Shown: in pieces, positions 1 to 14,489 of the stretch
Layout of the letters: each line of letters starts with the position of its first letter
Numbering within the stretch: position 1 is the stretch's first letter
NCBI RefSeq assembly: GCF_006345805.1
Contig: NC_042999.1
Span: forward strand, 79,670,001-79,734,000
Source: Octopus sinensis
Taxonomy: Eukaryota
DNA length: 64,000 bases
Direction: 5' to 3'
The notes under the pieces: model-generated
What the model was told of the DNA's origin: nothing
Database searches by the model: none
The model's input: only the letters and a program-made list of their open reading frames with translations
Made by a program: the position numbers and the translations under genes

Positions 1-139
1 CACACACACACACACACACACGAACACCCAGACTCACACGTACGCAGGCACACATGCGCACTAATTATATATAAAAGTATTCATGGTAATACACACACAG
101 TCACAATATATGCACTCATACACTTGGAATTTTGAAACA

Positions 140-945
140 TTATTTTATTTATCTAGTTTTATATGTTTACACTTTTATCGCCTTCAAAATACTCTTCCTT
201 TGAAGCAATGCTTCGGTCCAGATACGTTTTTCCCCGTTCGAAGCAGTCCTGGAAATCTTGCAAAGTGATGCCGTTTAACGCCTCCTTCCTCTTCCACATC
301 TGCAAAATGTTTTCCTTTAAGGATTTTTCTCATTCGGAGAACAAAAGAAGTCGCAAACAAAAGAGCAAGATCGGGTGAATATGGAAGGTGGGTAAGCGGG
401 GTCACGCATTTTTGGTCAAAAACTGTCTCACACTGAGGCGGTGTGCTCAGGCGCATTGCCGTGACGAAATCACCACTCTCCACTTTGCCTTTGTCGAGAC
501 GTTTTAGTCTCACCGTGTCTCGCAAATGCCTCAGAACTACCTAATAAAATGTCCGATTAACAGTTTGACCAGGAGGAACTAATTATGTGTGGACTATTCC
601 TTTCACATCGATGAAACAAATCAGCATCGTGTTGACATTGGAATTCATTTGACTCGCTTTTGAGGAGCATGGTGACATCGAATGCTTCTATTGACTGGAT
701 TACTGCATTACTGCATCGTTTCCCGGTCGAAGTTGTAGTACCAGCTTTCGCCATCAGTGATGCATCTTCCAACTGTTCTTTCAGTTCACGACACGCACTC
801 AGGCGTGCCTGCTTTTGATCTTCCGTAAGTCAGTGATGCAAGAATTTTGCTGCTACTCTTTTCGTTCGCAATTCCTCGCTCAAAATCCGTAGGCAGGAGC
901 TCCACGACACACCAGTCATATCAAGTTCCAAACTTCTCAGCTGAC
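140..945 (-). mobile_element. Degenerate mariner transposase fragment
   Basis: Frameshifted minus-strand translation gives RILSEELRTKRVAAKF, SNVNTMLICFIDVKGIVH and THLPYSPDLA...LKGKHFADVEE, all mariner DDD-domain motifs. No TIRs recognised. Confidence 0.85.
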
Positions 946-972
946 AGAAATGGGTAATTCTGCGCAAGAGTC

Positions 973-1103
973 TACCACATAGTGGTCACTCTTTTATATT
1001 TGTGTATAAATTTTTATTGCATCCCTGGTTTTTATGCGCTAAGCCACTTGGTGTTAAATTGATGGTATTATTAAATTAATATCCAATTTTTCACCCTTAT
1101 TTT
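973..1103 (+). repeat. Fragment of the repeat family that carries a hammerhead at 48613-49222
   Basis: Aligns by eye to 48640-48780: ACCACATAGTGGT ... TTAAATTGAT ... ATTAAA.TAATAT.CAATTT. Confidence 0.6.
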
Positions 1104-1155
<52 letters not shown>

Positions 1156-1185
1156 AGAAAGAGAGAGAGAGTTTCAAGTATAATA

Positions 1186-1986
1186 TACGATGTGCGCTCC
1201 AAAAGTACTCTCCCGCACATTTTCGCGCGGGTAGGCCGCGTCAGTTCCCGTAGTTACACCTAGAGCACAGACGTGTTTGGGCGCTCGTTGGATTTTCGTT
1301 TATGCCGAACACGTCGAGCAGAGACACTGCATCGACTTTTGCCGAAAACTTTGTGATACTCAAGCTCAAATTATCCAGATTACTCAAAAGGCCTTTGGCG
1401 AGGTTGACATAGGTAAATTCGGATTAATGTGTGGTACAACAACTTCAAACATGGCTGCATCTCAGTGGATAGCGCGGTAGGCTCAATAAGGCCATCTGCA
1501 AGTCCAAACGAGGAACCGAATGAGAAGGCTTTGGCGAATAGGTCATGGAAAACTGTCGTGTAACAATCCAGGAAATTGCTCACAAAATTGATGTAAGCAC
1601 AAGATTAGTGCATTCAATTTTAACGAAAGATTTGTGCATGTGGAGACTGTCGGCGAAATTCGTGCCTAAGGTGCTGGTGGAGCAGCGTAAGCAACTCCGA
1701 TTAGAATTCGCACAGGATATGCTGGATTGTGAAAACCACGACACAGGTTTCATAAAAACCATCATCACTGGTGATGTGACATGAATTTATGAGCCCCACC
1801 TCGATGCACTCTGTCATCTTGCGTACAAACGAAAATCCGACAAGCGCGCACAACACGTCCGTACACTTGGCGTAAGAGGAAGCGCAGTGCAGGAAGGGTA
1901 GCGTCACCTCCCACTCAGAGAATTTCTGCCCACGCTGCATTAGTTTTGGCGGGAAAAAGCCAAGTATTTTCTGAACGCACTTTGTA
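1186..1986 (+). mobile_element. Internally deleted mariner element with imperfect TIRs
   Basis: Left end TACGATGTGCGCTCCAAAAGTACT; reverse complement of right end TACAAAGTGCGTTCAGAAAATACT. Translates to EQRHCIDFCRKL (N-terminal HTH) and RVTIQEIAHKIDVS...RLSAKFVPKVL...FIKTIITGDVT*IYE. Confidence 0.9.
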
Positions 1987-2205
1987 TTTATACACATGTA
2001 TACTGACACGCGTACATGTATAAACATATGTATGTAAATGCACGCACGAGTACATGCACATGTGCGTCTACAGATTTACATACCCATATGTATTCACTCA
2101 CTTGCATACTGAACACCTTCATATATACTTACATACAAATATATACACCCACGCATATACATATGTATACATAAAAAGTTTGCATACATATATTTTACTT
2201 ATATA

Positions 2206-2309
<104 letters not shown>

Positions 2310-2998
2310 ATATACACATGGTAGGCATTTTTATGATTTATTAATACAGTATTTCAAGATTCGTGCACATGCAAAATGCTTCTGATCTTTCTGATAATTT
2401 TCATGCATGAAGATGTACTATTTAGCGACGAAACTAGCCACCCTCCGAACAATAGAGGACCACATGGACTGCCTCGCCACGGGGTCCCTCACCTTATCGC
2501 CAACGCAGTCGTATTTCTATCAATGAAATGCAACTGAAACATCACATATGCTTCGCATTTGTGAAACTTGAAATAATGTACAAGAATCTCATTGATTGTT
2601 TTCCTATAAATACAAACTATAAAGAATGTGTTGAATTCTGTGTTCTTTTCTTTCTACACACACACACACATACACAAACACCCTCTCTTACGCCCACGAT
2701 CATGCCCACGCTACGCCCACGCTTGCAGGTACATACTGAAACTCAAATACATGCATACATAGAAATATATTTGTAGAATGCATAGTAAATGTTCAAAATG
2801 CGGCAAAATATCGTTATATACATATATATTTTTGTTTAATTAACACAAGTTTAATTTTTTAACGCTACAGGAAAATCGTTATGTTCTGTGTATTCTTATG
2901 CATGAAAATAGATATATAAAAATAAGTTTTCACAAAAAGTAAATGCTTTCGTATTGCAGTTTCACTGAAACTATATTGGTGTGCGTATTCATAAGATA

Positions 2999-3790
2999 AG
3001 GGTGCGGTGAATAAACTATCGTCTAAATTACGCAAAAATGAAAATAACACTGACATTTCATTTTAACAGATATATTTACTAAAACTACTTAAAATATCTT
3101 GAAATACTAAAGAGAAAAATGTATTCAATAAAATCGCCCTTGGCTTCAACCATAGCCACTAGACGACTTCGGAATCTCATGCAACACTTCTGGACGGTCT
3201 CCTTGTTTATGTTGGTGAATGTTGCCATAATCCTTGCCTTCAGTTCATCTTTGGTATTACAAGGAGTTTAGTTGGTCTCTCGTTCAGCTGCGCCCAACAC
3301 ATAATAATCAAGGAGGTTGCAATCTGGGGAGTTAGGTGGCCAGATGTTTGAGGCGGTGTGATTGCAGAAATTGTCGGACAGCCATGACTAGGTTTCTCCT
3401 TCATGTATGGCATAGTGAAAATCCTGTTGTCAGACATAGGGTCTTCCAGCAGCCACCCTCTTCACCCAGGGCAACACCAACTCCTCCAGGCACTTGATGT
3501 AGGCCTCCGTATTGATTTAGAGGCCATGTGGGAGGATAAAAGTAGGCATAAATGGGAGGATAAATGAAGGATAAATGGGAGTATAAATGGAGGTATAGCG
3601 TCGCCATCATATGTGATCACTACAAGCATCATGATGTTGACTGAATTTTTATCACTCTCGGTACATGTCCTCAGATTGCACCGTCCTCAGATTGACACCC
3701 AAACACTCTGAAATGTTCGATTTAGAGATTCCGACGCCAATGCTAAGCAGTACTGCATGTCGTTTCCAAATTTCAGGCAGAGTGAATTCT
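2999..3790 (-). mobile_element. Non-autonomous Tc1/mariner (maT/DD37D-like) element, copy 1
   Basis: Remnants of the WPPNSPD..P.DYY region on the minus strand; terminus AGGGTGCGGTGAATAAAC; colinear with 49981-50796. Subfamily is inferred. Confidence 0.8.
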
Positions 3791-3963
3791 TTTCTCTTTT
3801 CTGTGCGTGTTATTTTGTATGTATGCTTGTAAGAAAAAAATCTTTTGCTATTTAAGCAACCAGTAAAACTTGAAGCTCATACCAGAGTAACTCACTGTAA
3901 ACTTTATTATTAAGATTAAATCAAAAATTATCCCCTCAAAAAAGCCATCTTCATTCATTCTTT

Positions 3964-4032
<69 letters not shown>

Positions 4033-4398
4033 TTGTATTATATATAAATATATATAAATATACATGTATATACATATATATACACACATACATACACATA
4101 TATTATGTATATGTGTATATATATACATACATGTAAACCATGGTCCATTTTGTTCTCTTACTTTATTACCATCTTATAATCATCTGATAATAATGACTTT
4201 TATGACTCGTATTACTTCCTCAGTCAATCTAAATGTATATATTTGTCGTTACCTGTCATAAATACCCTTTTTTTTTTATTTGCAATGTGCATTTTCGTTG
4301 ATTTTTCACATTTTACCCTTACATTTCCACGTGTATTTTATATGTTCTTTTTGTAACATATTTCTACTACACATATATATATATACATATACATGTAC

Positions 4399-4431
<33 letters not shown>

Positions 4432-4479
4432 ATAGAGATGATGATGCTAACAATGGCGATAATAGTAATAATTCAGTCT

Positions 4480-4615
4480 CTGATGGGAGTATTTTTATTT
4501 TATTGAGCTCGAAAACATGAAACTGCCAAAATTGACTTTGGTGGGACTTGAGTACACTATAAAATATCGGAACAAATATCCCAAGGCAAATTCTAGCATT
4601 TCACCGCCTTCATAA
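4480..4615 (-). mobile_element. Decayed Nin-domain tRNA SINE
   Basis: Minus strand starts AAGGCGGTGA..GCTAGAAT and ends TTTCATGTTTTCGAGCTCAATAAAATAAA, matching the SINE at 18953. Confidence 0.45.
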
Positions 4616-5180
4616 CAGCTAGCGAAATATATTTTTATTGAGTACATGCATACTGAAACATATAGACTTGGGTTCATCTAACTCTGCATCTCTTTATGTG
4701 TACATCTATATGTGTGTTTGTGTGTGACTCTGAGTATGTGGGTTTGCATGTGTGTATATGTATGTGTAAATGTACAAAGTAAGGTAAATAAATATCCGTT
4801 GGTTTAGAGAATGGGTATTCGAAATTTCGATTAACTAAATTATCTGCCCATCGAATTAATATGTATCTGAAAACGGCTGTATCGCTGTACCGTAATATAC
4901 GTATATACTTATGTGCTCAGACACTGATACAGACTACACGCACACACACACATTCTCTCTCTCTCTCGTATATCTATATATGATGTTAGAATAAAAGTTG
5001 AACTTAATCTTTTATTCCACTGTCGTATACAAATATACATATATGTACAAATATACATACATGCACACACACACATACATACAGATACACACGTACACAG
5101 ATACATACACACATCCATGCACATATACATACCTGCAGACATACATACGTACATACATACATACATACATACATACATAA

Positions 5181-5214
<34 letters not shown>

Positions 5215-7372
5215 ATATATACATACATGTATAATATACATATATATATTAGGATACATACGCATATGTGCGTGCTCGTGCATTCTTGCCATTGTATAAC
5301 TTGCTATTTCCATCTCTAAACATTACCAACTTTAGACGTAGCTTAGTGGAGTGTACCATATCTGATATCCAAACAAATCTCATTATTGGTACCGCTTTTC
5401 TCATACAAAACAATTAACTACCCAAAATTATTCTTAAACTCACCAACCCACACACATTGCCTTCTAATGTAACCTCTCAGTTCTGCTACTCTACACCAGT
5501 CGTCTTCACAAACGATGATCATAGTATGAAACATGATTGCGCCAGCTTTCCTTTCCGTGTGTATTTACGCTTAGTCTTCAGAATCAAAGAAAACTTCATC
5601 TATGAAGTCACAATGATATCCATATAATATTGTCTTCAGATAACAAAACAAAAATATAATTAAAAACTGCAATTTTTCATTTAAAGGAACGCTATAGGTC
5701 TCCATTAATTCTATTTAATTTAAATATCCACTTGTGAAATGAATATTAAATTAATACAACTTCCATAGGCTAAATTTGCTCTAAATTTGCACTCGTGAAT
5801 TGAAACAAGATTTAGCTCATGCCGACAAGTAGACTTGTGCACCATCGCTCGACTTGTCAGAAACAACAGCAAAATCTGTATCAAAAAAGAAGAAAAAACT
5901 CTACAATGTTAGTAAAAAATGACATCTGAGAAAATGTAGTTCCAGATACACTGCCTGAAAAATATTTTCGATAATAATAGATGGGAAATAGTTGAACGAA
6001 GTGACCTCTATCACCAACAATGATTTTGTCATCTGTATGCGGAATATGAATACGTTAACAAGCACAAAACCAGATCACGTGATACTGAAATCTGTCTTCC
6101 ATAGCTTTTCCTAAATAAAAACAATACTAACCATTGACCAACTGCGTTAATTTCTCACCCGTTCCTAGCTTACATTTTAATTTCTCTGTATTTTAAGTAG
6201 TAATACGAATCAACTTTTTTTACGCGGGCGGCAAATTTTCGCTATTGTAAATTTCCAACTTTTTTTTTTAGTTTAATATCCGCTACATTAGCCAATGTGT
6301 ATAAACAATGTCCAGTATTTAGCTTGCATTTTTGTTTCATATGTACTTCATCAGTTTTCATAACATACAGTTTTAGGTCTTGTGTTGCTCTCTATTCGAC
6401 ACATCCGTTTTAAATGTAGTCATTTGGGAACCCGAGCTTTCATTCAATGTGATATCACATCGCTAATATTTATCTGACGAATTACGCTTGTTCATATAGG
6501 ATGTTCTTTCCACACATATGGGGTGCCAGATTCACTTTGTGTATAGTTATTGCTTCTATTGTTTGTTTCTCGGTTTACAATCGTATGTATCCTATTTGAT
6601 GTTATATTCTACTGCTGTTGTTTTTTTAAATAAGCTTAATGCTGTTGAGTCAGTGTCATTACTGTTTTTGTATGCCAAATACCACGTTATCCAATATACC
6701 TTTCATAATTTTAGACGATGCGAAATATTAGAATTGAGGGGAAGTGGGTTACAATTTTTAGTAGGTAAAGTGACTGCATAGAGCTTTCCTGCTTTGTTCT
6801 ATTGTGTTCGTATTAGTTTACCATAAACTTCTATCTGGCTCCTTGACGATAAATTGTAATAATTCTGGAAAAAATGGTGCACCTTTCGTCAAACTTTGAA
6901 ATATAATGATTTTAGAAAGTACCGCGTGGAGGAAAAATAAATTACATTTCTTTACTTGCACAGTTAATAATATATTTTCTGCCAGAACAATTAATAGAGA
7001 ATGTCATTTTCGTTAGGTTTCTTGTAACTTTTCATGAGTAACAGATTGCAGCGCCCTCTTTTATTGTCTTTACTGTTTAGATTTTGACCTTGAGGTTAAT
7101 ATATTTTTTAATGTCGAAAGAGATGACCTTTTTTAATATGTAATACACTGAAATCTAATCGATTCTTAATGTTGATATAATGCAAGCTTTAAGCAGCTAT
7201 CTTTCTCAGAACTGTTTCATGGAATTTATCATGAGTTTTCATTAGTAGACAATACGTATGTATCATCTGCTATTGTTTTTGTATCAAGAATGAGAATGTT
7301 ATTTTTGGGTTGACTTCACAGATAGTTGTGTCTACTTTATATTCATACATACATATACATATGTATGTGCGA

Positions 7373-7448
<76 letters not shown>

Positions 7449-8242
7449 GTACATACATACACATGCAGTTTGTGTAAGTAAAATGCACAATATCTATTAA
7501 CCACTGAAACTAATGCCTCAGATTTAGAAAATAAATATATGGAAATACCATTTGCTTCGACACTAACAATAGCTAAATGCACACACATACACCACATAAC
7601 TATACTCCGTGCTCACATATTTGTACGTACATGTTGAAACTTTATCTTGTGGAATAAAACAATAGAAATGACACCAAAAAATCCCATAAAAAACTGTTTG
7701 CAACAGGAATAAAACTACTCCTCGACCAACAACAACAAAAAATTTACTGATACTAATAATAATTAGGAAACGAAACATGTAATTCGTGTCTATTTTCGAA
7801 TGTTTTGTCTTGTCCTAAAGATAGATTAACTTACAGAAGTCTAATTACAAGACAAGAAATATTATTGTCGTTGCTGTTTTTATTATCATAATTGTATTAT
7901 CATCATTATTATCAGTATTATGTTGTTTTATACTCTTAATGTTTTATCTGATTTGATCATACTTCTTATCAGCCCATACCCCATGGACTACGATGATATG
8001 CATTTTTGTTACTTCTAAAAAAGCCCTTATAGGCCCTTTTTTATTTGTTTCGAAGACCCTCTGGATAATTCTGGTTGAACTAAGTAAATAGGTTTTCTGC
8101 ATTGCATCTACTATTGGAGTAAGATCAAGCTTTGCAATAGGTTCTCTAAAATTCTCTCAAGACTCCAGTGATATTTAGCAAGAGCATAACCGTTTTAATA
8201 CTTATGTATCAGGATTTGAGAAAGTTATACTGAAATCAGTAT

Positions 8243-8590
8243 GGTGGTGACCCCCTTCGGTCAGACACTGACCATGGGTTTGCACCTAGAGAGTTACCCT
8301 CTGAGGCACAAGTCTGGGCAAGGTTGTTTTATGGAAGATCAGCAGTCACCCATGCATACCGGCCTCCCCTCTCCACGTCACCGATGTTGTCCAAGGGAAA
8401 GGCAAGGGCCGATACAGCTTGGCACCTGTGACGTCGCAACTCATTTCTACAGCTGAGTGGATGGAGCAACCTGAAATAAAGAGTCTTGCTCAAGAACACA
8501 ACACGCAGCCCAGTCCGGGATTCGAGCTCACAACCTCACGATCGTAATCTCGACGCTCTAACCACTGAGCCACACGCCTTCATATTATTA
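8243..8590 (-). mobile_element. tRNA-derived SINE with 12-bp TSD, nested in the Dong relic
   Basis: Head GGCGTGTGGCTCAGTGGTTAGAGCG (A box) ... GAGCTCGAATCCC (B box), then GTGTTGTGTTCTTGAGCAAGAC. TGAAATCAGTAT at both 8231-8242 and 8591-8602. Confidence 0.9.
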
Positions 8591-9247
8591 TGAAATCAGT
8601 ATAATACCCAACTATTAATTATGCCCTCTTCCTGATTCTGGTAACAACTAGTTACGCCACATCAATTACAAGATTCTGTTGTTAGTAACCACAATAACCG
8701 GCTTGTTGTGCACCAGTCTCATTTTAGTTTGTATGGAAAAATCTCATAAAAACACCACTTCACTATTTACAAAGAATTCCCTTTCAGTTTCAAGATACTG
8801 GTTTTAGTTCCTTTCTGTGCATGAAGAACCAAACGTCTTACAAAAATTTCTGAAATATTGTAGCAAATTCCTCATGCCTTCACTTTTTGCATTTATTTAG
8901 AATTAACCGTGGGCATTCTGATACAATGTAAGTTGTGTTCTTAATTGAATTGTCGCACATTCTACATTTCAGTGACCAGCCCAACTTAGCCATCATTTCC
9001 CTCATTCATTTTAGTCTTAAGGATTGTTTCTGTGCTCTGAAATCATTCCCGCAATACCCCTTTCGTCAATCAAAACCAGTTGGCTTAATCATCTATCTTT
9101 TCATAAACATTGACTTGAGATTCTTTTTATGAAAGCTTGACTTATAGTTTTTATACTTTCTGTTGTAGTCGTACTAACCCTGTAAGAAGAACTAGAATCT
9201 CCCCTTCGCCTTAGATACAATCCTATGTTTTTTTCTTTGTTCTACTA

Positions 9248-9498
9248 TCACTCCAATATTTATTAATCCCCTTTCACTCACTATCAATCCAAAACTTATT
9301 AATTCCCTTTCACTCAACTATCACTCCAAAATGTATTAATCCCCTTTCACTCAAATATCACTCCAAATGTATTAACCCCCTTTCACTCAAATATCACTCC
9401 AATACTTATTAATCCCCTTTCACTCCAACACCACTCCAAAACTTATTAATCCCTTTTCACTCCAATATCACTCCAAAACTTATTAATCCCCTTTCTCC
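9248..9498. repeat. 36-37 bp minisatellite, about 7 copies
   Basis: TATTAA starts at 9261, 9297, 9334, 9370, 9407, 9444 and 9481; unit TTATTAATCCCCTTTCACTCAAATATCACTCCAAAAC. Confidence 0.95.
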
Positions 9499-10563
9499 TA
9501 TCCGTTTCGGGTACAAACGGTCTACGTCTGTTTAGGTCTGTATACTTCTGTGTTCTTCAAACTGCTTTCTCATCTTCCTGTCCACATCTCCTACTTCATT
9601 CTTCTCCAACTCAATGATAACTGCTTCACATCTTAATATTTCTGTTCTCATGTTGATTGATTGTATGATATTTCCGCGCATTCAATTTAGATTTTAAAAT
9701 CTTCATTCTGTGAAACTAATCTTTAATGGAGACTTCATTCAAGTTTATACTTGTGATTTTGTTACTTTCCGCTATATAACTACCATGTAGATACTTTTAT
9801 GATGTCCCCTCGCCCCATCTGCAACATAGCACTTATCTCCATTCTCTCAGTGGAACTAATAAATATTCCTAAGCTCAGCACTAAGGTGTCCAGCCAATTC
9901 TTGTCTTTACCATAAAACTTGCTTGTTATTTTTGCCATTGTTATTGTTGCCGTTGCTGTTACTTTAATACAAATTTTTATTTACATATGCGGTTCATTTG
10001 TCTCTTTATATCGTGGTCATTATAGCACAGATGCAGATAACTCGCACATACGTACCATAAAGCCATATCATAAAGATCAGAATGTGATTTATGCAAGTAA
10101 GTTCAGCGTGCTTATAAGTCACCTTAAAAGGATCCCGGGCTTTCAGATCTGTTATTTTTGATTTATGTCACTTTCACTCACGAAACACTAAACATTTAGA
10201 TAGTTAAGCAAGATTTGTCGTAAATAAATAAATATTGAAAGTATGGTCTTAGGATAAGTTAATATAATCATCAAGAAAATTAACAGATATTATAACATAA
10301 TTTCTATAGAATATTCTTCTATAAAACAGGCAATAACAACAATAACAGTTGTTAATGATATAATCATATGAGAGGGTATATGTATGAATGAGTGGGTATA
10401 TATGTGTGTGTGTGTGTGTGTGAGTGTTTGTATATGTATATATACATACATACAGTGATGATTAGGTAGATATATTCACAGATAGATAAATAAATAAATG
10501 TTTGTCCATAGTATTATAAACACACATACATGCACATGCTCTCACAAACACACGCACACGCTC

Positions 10564-10610
<47 letters not shown>

Positions 10611-10778
10611 AAAATAATCATGAATGAAGTTGTAAAGTATATATGTATGGCATTGATCAATTACCAAACACTGTTCGATAGGATAATTCCTCTTTGTACA
10701 ATATCCATGTACAGTTGTATCAAATTTGAAGTAAGTAAATCAACTATGTGTTGTCAAATAAGGATTTTAAATGTTTTA

Positions 10779-10852
<74 letters not shown>
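10779..10852. repeat. (ACT)n microsatellite
   Basis: Direct reading. Confidence 0.95.
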
Positions 10853-10920
10853 AACTAGTAGTAGTAGGAGTAGTGGAAATAGTGGTAGCAGTAGTAACAA
10901 CAACAACAATAATAATTAAA

Positions 10921-11400
10921 GTCTACAAAACCAGTCAATGAAAACAGAACTACACGCACGATTAGACTCGGAAAGTTCGTGTGGAACCCAGTGACTCAGT
11001 TTGCTGACTTTTCCGATGGCACACAGATGTCGATGAATGGTTGAATAAGCAAATTCAAGCTTCTCTGCTAGTTCCTCGACAGTCACATTGGGATTTTGTT
11101 CCACCAATAGTTGCAGGACGTCTTCGTCGAGCTCTACAGATCTTCTAGAGTGAGGCTCATCTTCTAGTCTGTAGTTTCCGTCTCGGATTTCTAGAACCAC
11201 CGTTGAGGCTGGCTTACGCTTTTCTCCGATCCCCATATACTGCATTAATATTCCTCGTACTTTCCGCTGCATTGTTGCCTTTATTGAACTCATAAAGCAA
11301 AATATGTCGAATATGAACCTTTGTCACATCCATTATAGTTTTGAAAAAAATTACTGTTAAAATCGAATTGCACTTTTCAAAACTTGCACTAAGAATAAGT
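10921..11400 (-). mobile_element. Mariner transposase N-terminal fragment
   Basis: ORF 10916-11293: RLEDEPHSRRSVELDEDVLQLLVEQNPNVTVEELAEKL...TIHRHLCAIGKVSKLSHWVPHELSE (WVPHEL motif). Confidence 0.9.
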
Positions 11401-11541
11401 ACAAGGTAAAATTATTACCTGCTTTTATAGTAAGTCGATGCAGGTAGTTTATCACGTCTCCCTCCTACTTCTATTTCATGCAATTGAAAAAAACCGCATT
11501 ATTTATGGGCTGACCCTACATATTTGTGTGTGTGTGTATAC

Positions 11542-11618
<77 letters not shown>

Positions 11619-12041
11619 TGTACGTATGTATGTATGTATGTATGACGCATGTATGCGTGTATGTATATATGTATATATATTGTAACTGACCTCTATAGAT
11701 AGAGGTCAATAGAGGTCAGTTCCGACATGCATATAAAAATGTATGAGAGTGTACTATATAAAGAAAAAGACTTATAGAAAGGTACAATAAGTAGGAAGTT
11801 AAGTGAACTCAAACGTTTAGATTCGAAAAGCAGAAATCTACTCTTTGCATTGTGAGTTGATCTTCTCATTATTTGCTAATATAGATATAATATACCTAAC
11901 ATGAATACGAAGAGGAAACTGCCTGATAAAAATAGAGAACTATTAGAAAGTAACCACGGTGGGTCTAGAAGCTAATTAGAAGAGTTACGTAGATATAGTG
12001 ATTAGTATAAGTAAACATTTAAAACCGAAAGCGCAATTCTC

Positions 12042-12085
<44 letters not shown>

Positions 12086-12177
12086 TCTCTTTTTCTCTCT
12101 CCTCTGTCTCTTATTCAAGGAGTTTCTCTCATTGTTTTTCTGTGTTCGTGCCTGCGTACATACATATGTCTGTGTGT

Positions 12178-12262
12178 ATATATATATATAATATATATAA
12201 TATATATATATATATATAATATATATATGTATTATATATATATATATATATGTATTATATAT

Positions 12263-12317
<55 letters not shown>

Positions 12318-12403
12318 CATATATATATATATATATAATATATATATGTAGATATATATATGTACATATATATATATATATATAATATATATGTACATGT
12401 ATA

Positions 12404-12448
<45 letters not shown>

Positions 12449-12471
12449 TACATGTATATATATATTATGTA

Positions 12472-12502
<31 letters not shown>

Positions 12503-12557
12503 ATGTATATATATATGTATATATATGGATATATATGTACATACATATATATGTACA

Positions 12558-12591
<34 letters not shown>

Positions 12592-12616
12592 ATATGTAGA
12601 TACATATATATATTTG

Positions 12617-12690
<74 letters not shown>

Positions 12691-12882
12691 TATATATATA
12701 TATGTATATATATATATATCTATGTATGTATATATATGTATATATATGTATATATATATATAGTATATATATATATGTATATATATATGTATATATATAT
12801 TATGTATATATATATGTATATATATATGTATGTATATATATATATATATGCATATGTATATGTATATATATATACATATACA
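12178..12882. repeat. About 700 bp degenerate (TA)n/(TG)n tract
   Basis: Direct reading; source of the poly-YI ORFs. Confidence 0.95.
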
Positions 12883-13129
12883 CTGGCAAAAATAATTTTA
12901 AGACCAATGATAAAAGTTCTATTTCTTACAAAATATTTTGTTACTAATACCATACAAATTATTTTTATATTTTATACCTTATGCAGAATTTATTTCTTTT
13001 TCGAATGATGTAGAAAATACCTATTTTAATACAACTTGAAGAATTCTAATGCTAAATTGATATAAACGTTTCAAATTTACCGGCAAAATTAGTTTAAGAC
13101 CGTATCATTATAATTTTATTTAAAGCTTA

Positions 13130-14480
13130 AGATTGTAGCAAAAGAGGAGGCGAAATTGAACGACAACAGACTGTTACTGGGAGAGAATTGGACGTTAATG
13201 CCGAGCTGTCTGGGCAAAAGAATCGTCAGGGTCAGAGTGGGAAGATTCCCACTGTCGACAGACCCAGAATGGGTAATAGTCGCAATTTTTAATTCAGAGC
13301 TGGTGAAGGGAAAAGAAAACCTACCTGGAGATTTGCATAGTTAGCAGAACTCAACAATTGAATTGAGCGGGTAATGGTGTTGAAGTAATTTGCGCCGTAA
13401 GTCCAGAGTATTTCGATGAAATGGCGGAAACGGTGAAAAACTTGAGGTAATGTTGGAAAGGAGACCCCCAAAATGTTATGGATGCGGTGAAAGAGGGCAC
13501 CCGGGAAGGAAATGCCTAGAGCAGCAGTAGAAATGCTGGAAGAGAGTGTACAGGAAGAGATAGTGGTGGAAAAAAAGCAGAAGCAGAGAACAGAATATGA
13601 TGGGAATTTGGTGGAGGTAAAACCTAGGAAAAGAGAGAAGAAAGTCACCGACGACAGTGGAAGTAAAGAAATGTAAAGGAATGGAAGAAGAATCTCAACC
13701 CACGACGAGAAACGGAGAAAATTTACCAGTGGAAGTAGCAGCAAAGGAATTAAAAGTGCAGTCATTCAGACCAGAAACGAGACAACCTAGAATTACGGAA
13801 ACCTAAAAACATAAACACACAGACGAAACACGTAGAGTTGCAGTCAAACGAACACGCAGACACACGAATACAAGAACACACAGACATACAAATACACGAA
13901 CACACAGAGTTAGAGACGGAAATACAAGAACCCATAAAACAGCAGGAAAATAGAAACAAAAAGAGACAACATGAAAAGTACAAACGAAAAGAAAAATTAT
14001 AGTGAGATAGGACACGCCAATGTGAAAGGAGTAAGTTGTAAGTCATTATAATTTTGTAAAGACTGTAACTGAGAGAAATGATTGTTTGAACATTTTAGGA
14101 AAAAAAAAAGGAAAAATAATGTAAAATTTGAAACTGTTAAATGAACAGGTTTCCTAAAGTTTTTTGAACACTGTGATAAACATTTGCTTTTCTTTTAGTT
14201 TATAAAAAAAGGAAAAGAAATAAGTAAGGACTGTATAAACATTGGTTTAAAAGGGTTATTATGGTAAGGCATGTAGAGGGAACTCGAGCTTTCGCCTCGG
14301 AGCGAAGCTAAAGGTTGTGTTAAAGGAATACACGGTTTCATCTCGCAGCGGAAGCGAGATGGCCGACTCATTTGCATTATAAATATATTCATTTCACATT
14401 CATCCTTCATATGTTTTGCGTTTCCGCATGTCTTTGTATGTCCCCTCTGTAATTAGGTCTTGTGCCTGTAATAAAGAATT
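13130..14480 (+). mobile_element. Tx1/L1-like ORF1 (gag-like) relic followed directly by a 3' UTR-like end
   Basis: Translation GEKLEVMLERRPPKCYGCGERGHPGRKC includes a C-X2-C-X4-H-X4-C knuckle (13474-13515). Ends TGTCCCCTCT (14439-14448) ... AATAAAGAAT (14470-14479). Confidence 0.65.
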
Positions 14481-14489
14481 AATCTCTAG

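Larger units (their letters stand above)
8020..9900 (-). mobile_element. Degenerate Dong/R4-clade non-LTR retrotransposon (RT end, zinc knuckle, RLE endonuclease)
   Basis: Stitched minus-strand translation: ILKSKLNA...DVDRKMRK...DVDRLYPKRIGERGLIS; KCRMCDNSIKNTTYIVSECP; FL*DFSIQTK..VHNKPVIVV; VIDVA; MQKTYLLSSTRIIQRVFE. Same clade as 30062-30527. Confidence 0.85.

Noticed and set aside
4478-4530. CTGATGG GAG...CTC GAAA motif
   Set aside because: It is the reverse complement of a decayed Nin-SINE domain; coincidental.
6325-6357. Minus-strand CTGATGA ... GAAAC
   Set aside because: No helix II or III pairing and no UH triplet.
7746-7785. CTGATA-CTAAT..ATTAG-GAAAC GAAACATGTA hammerhead-like motif
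   Set aside because: G8 is missing and helix I does not pair; expected by chance in AT-rich DNA.
9248-9498. CRISPR-like 37-bp repeats
   Set aside because: The units are contiguous with no unique spacers, the context is eukaryotic, and the unit derives from Dong coding sequence.
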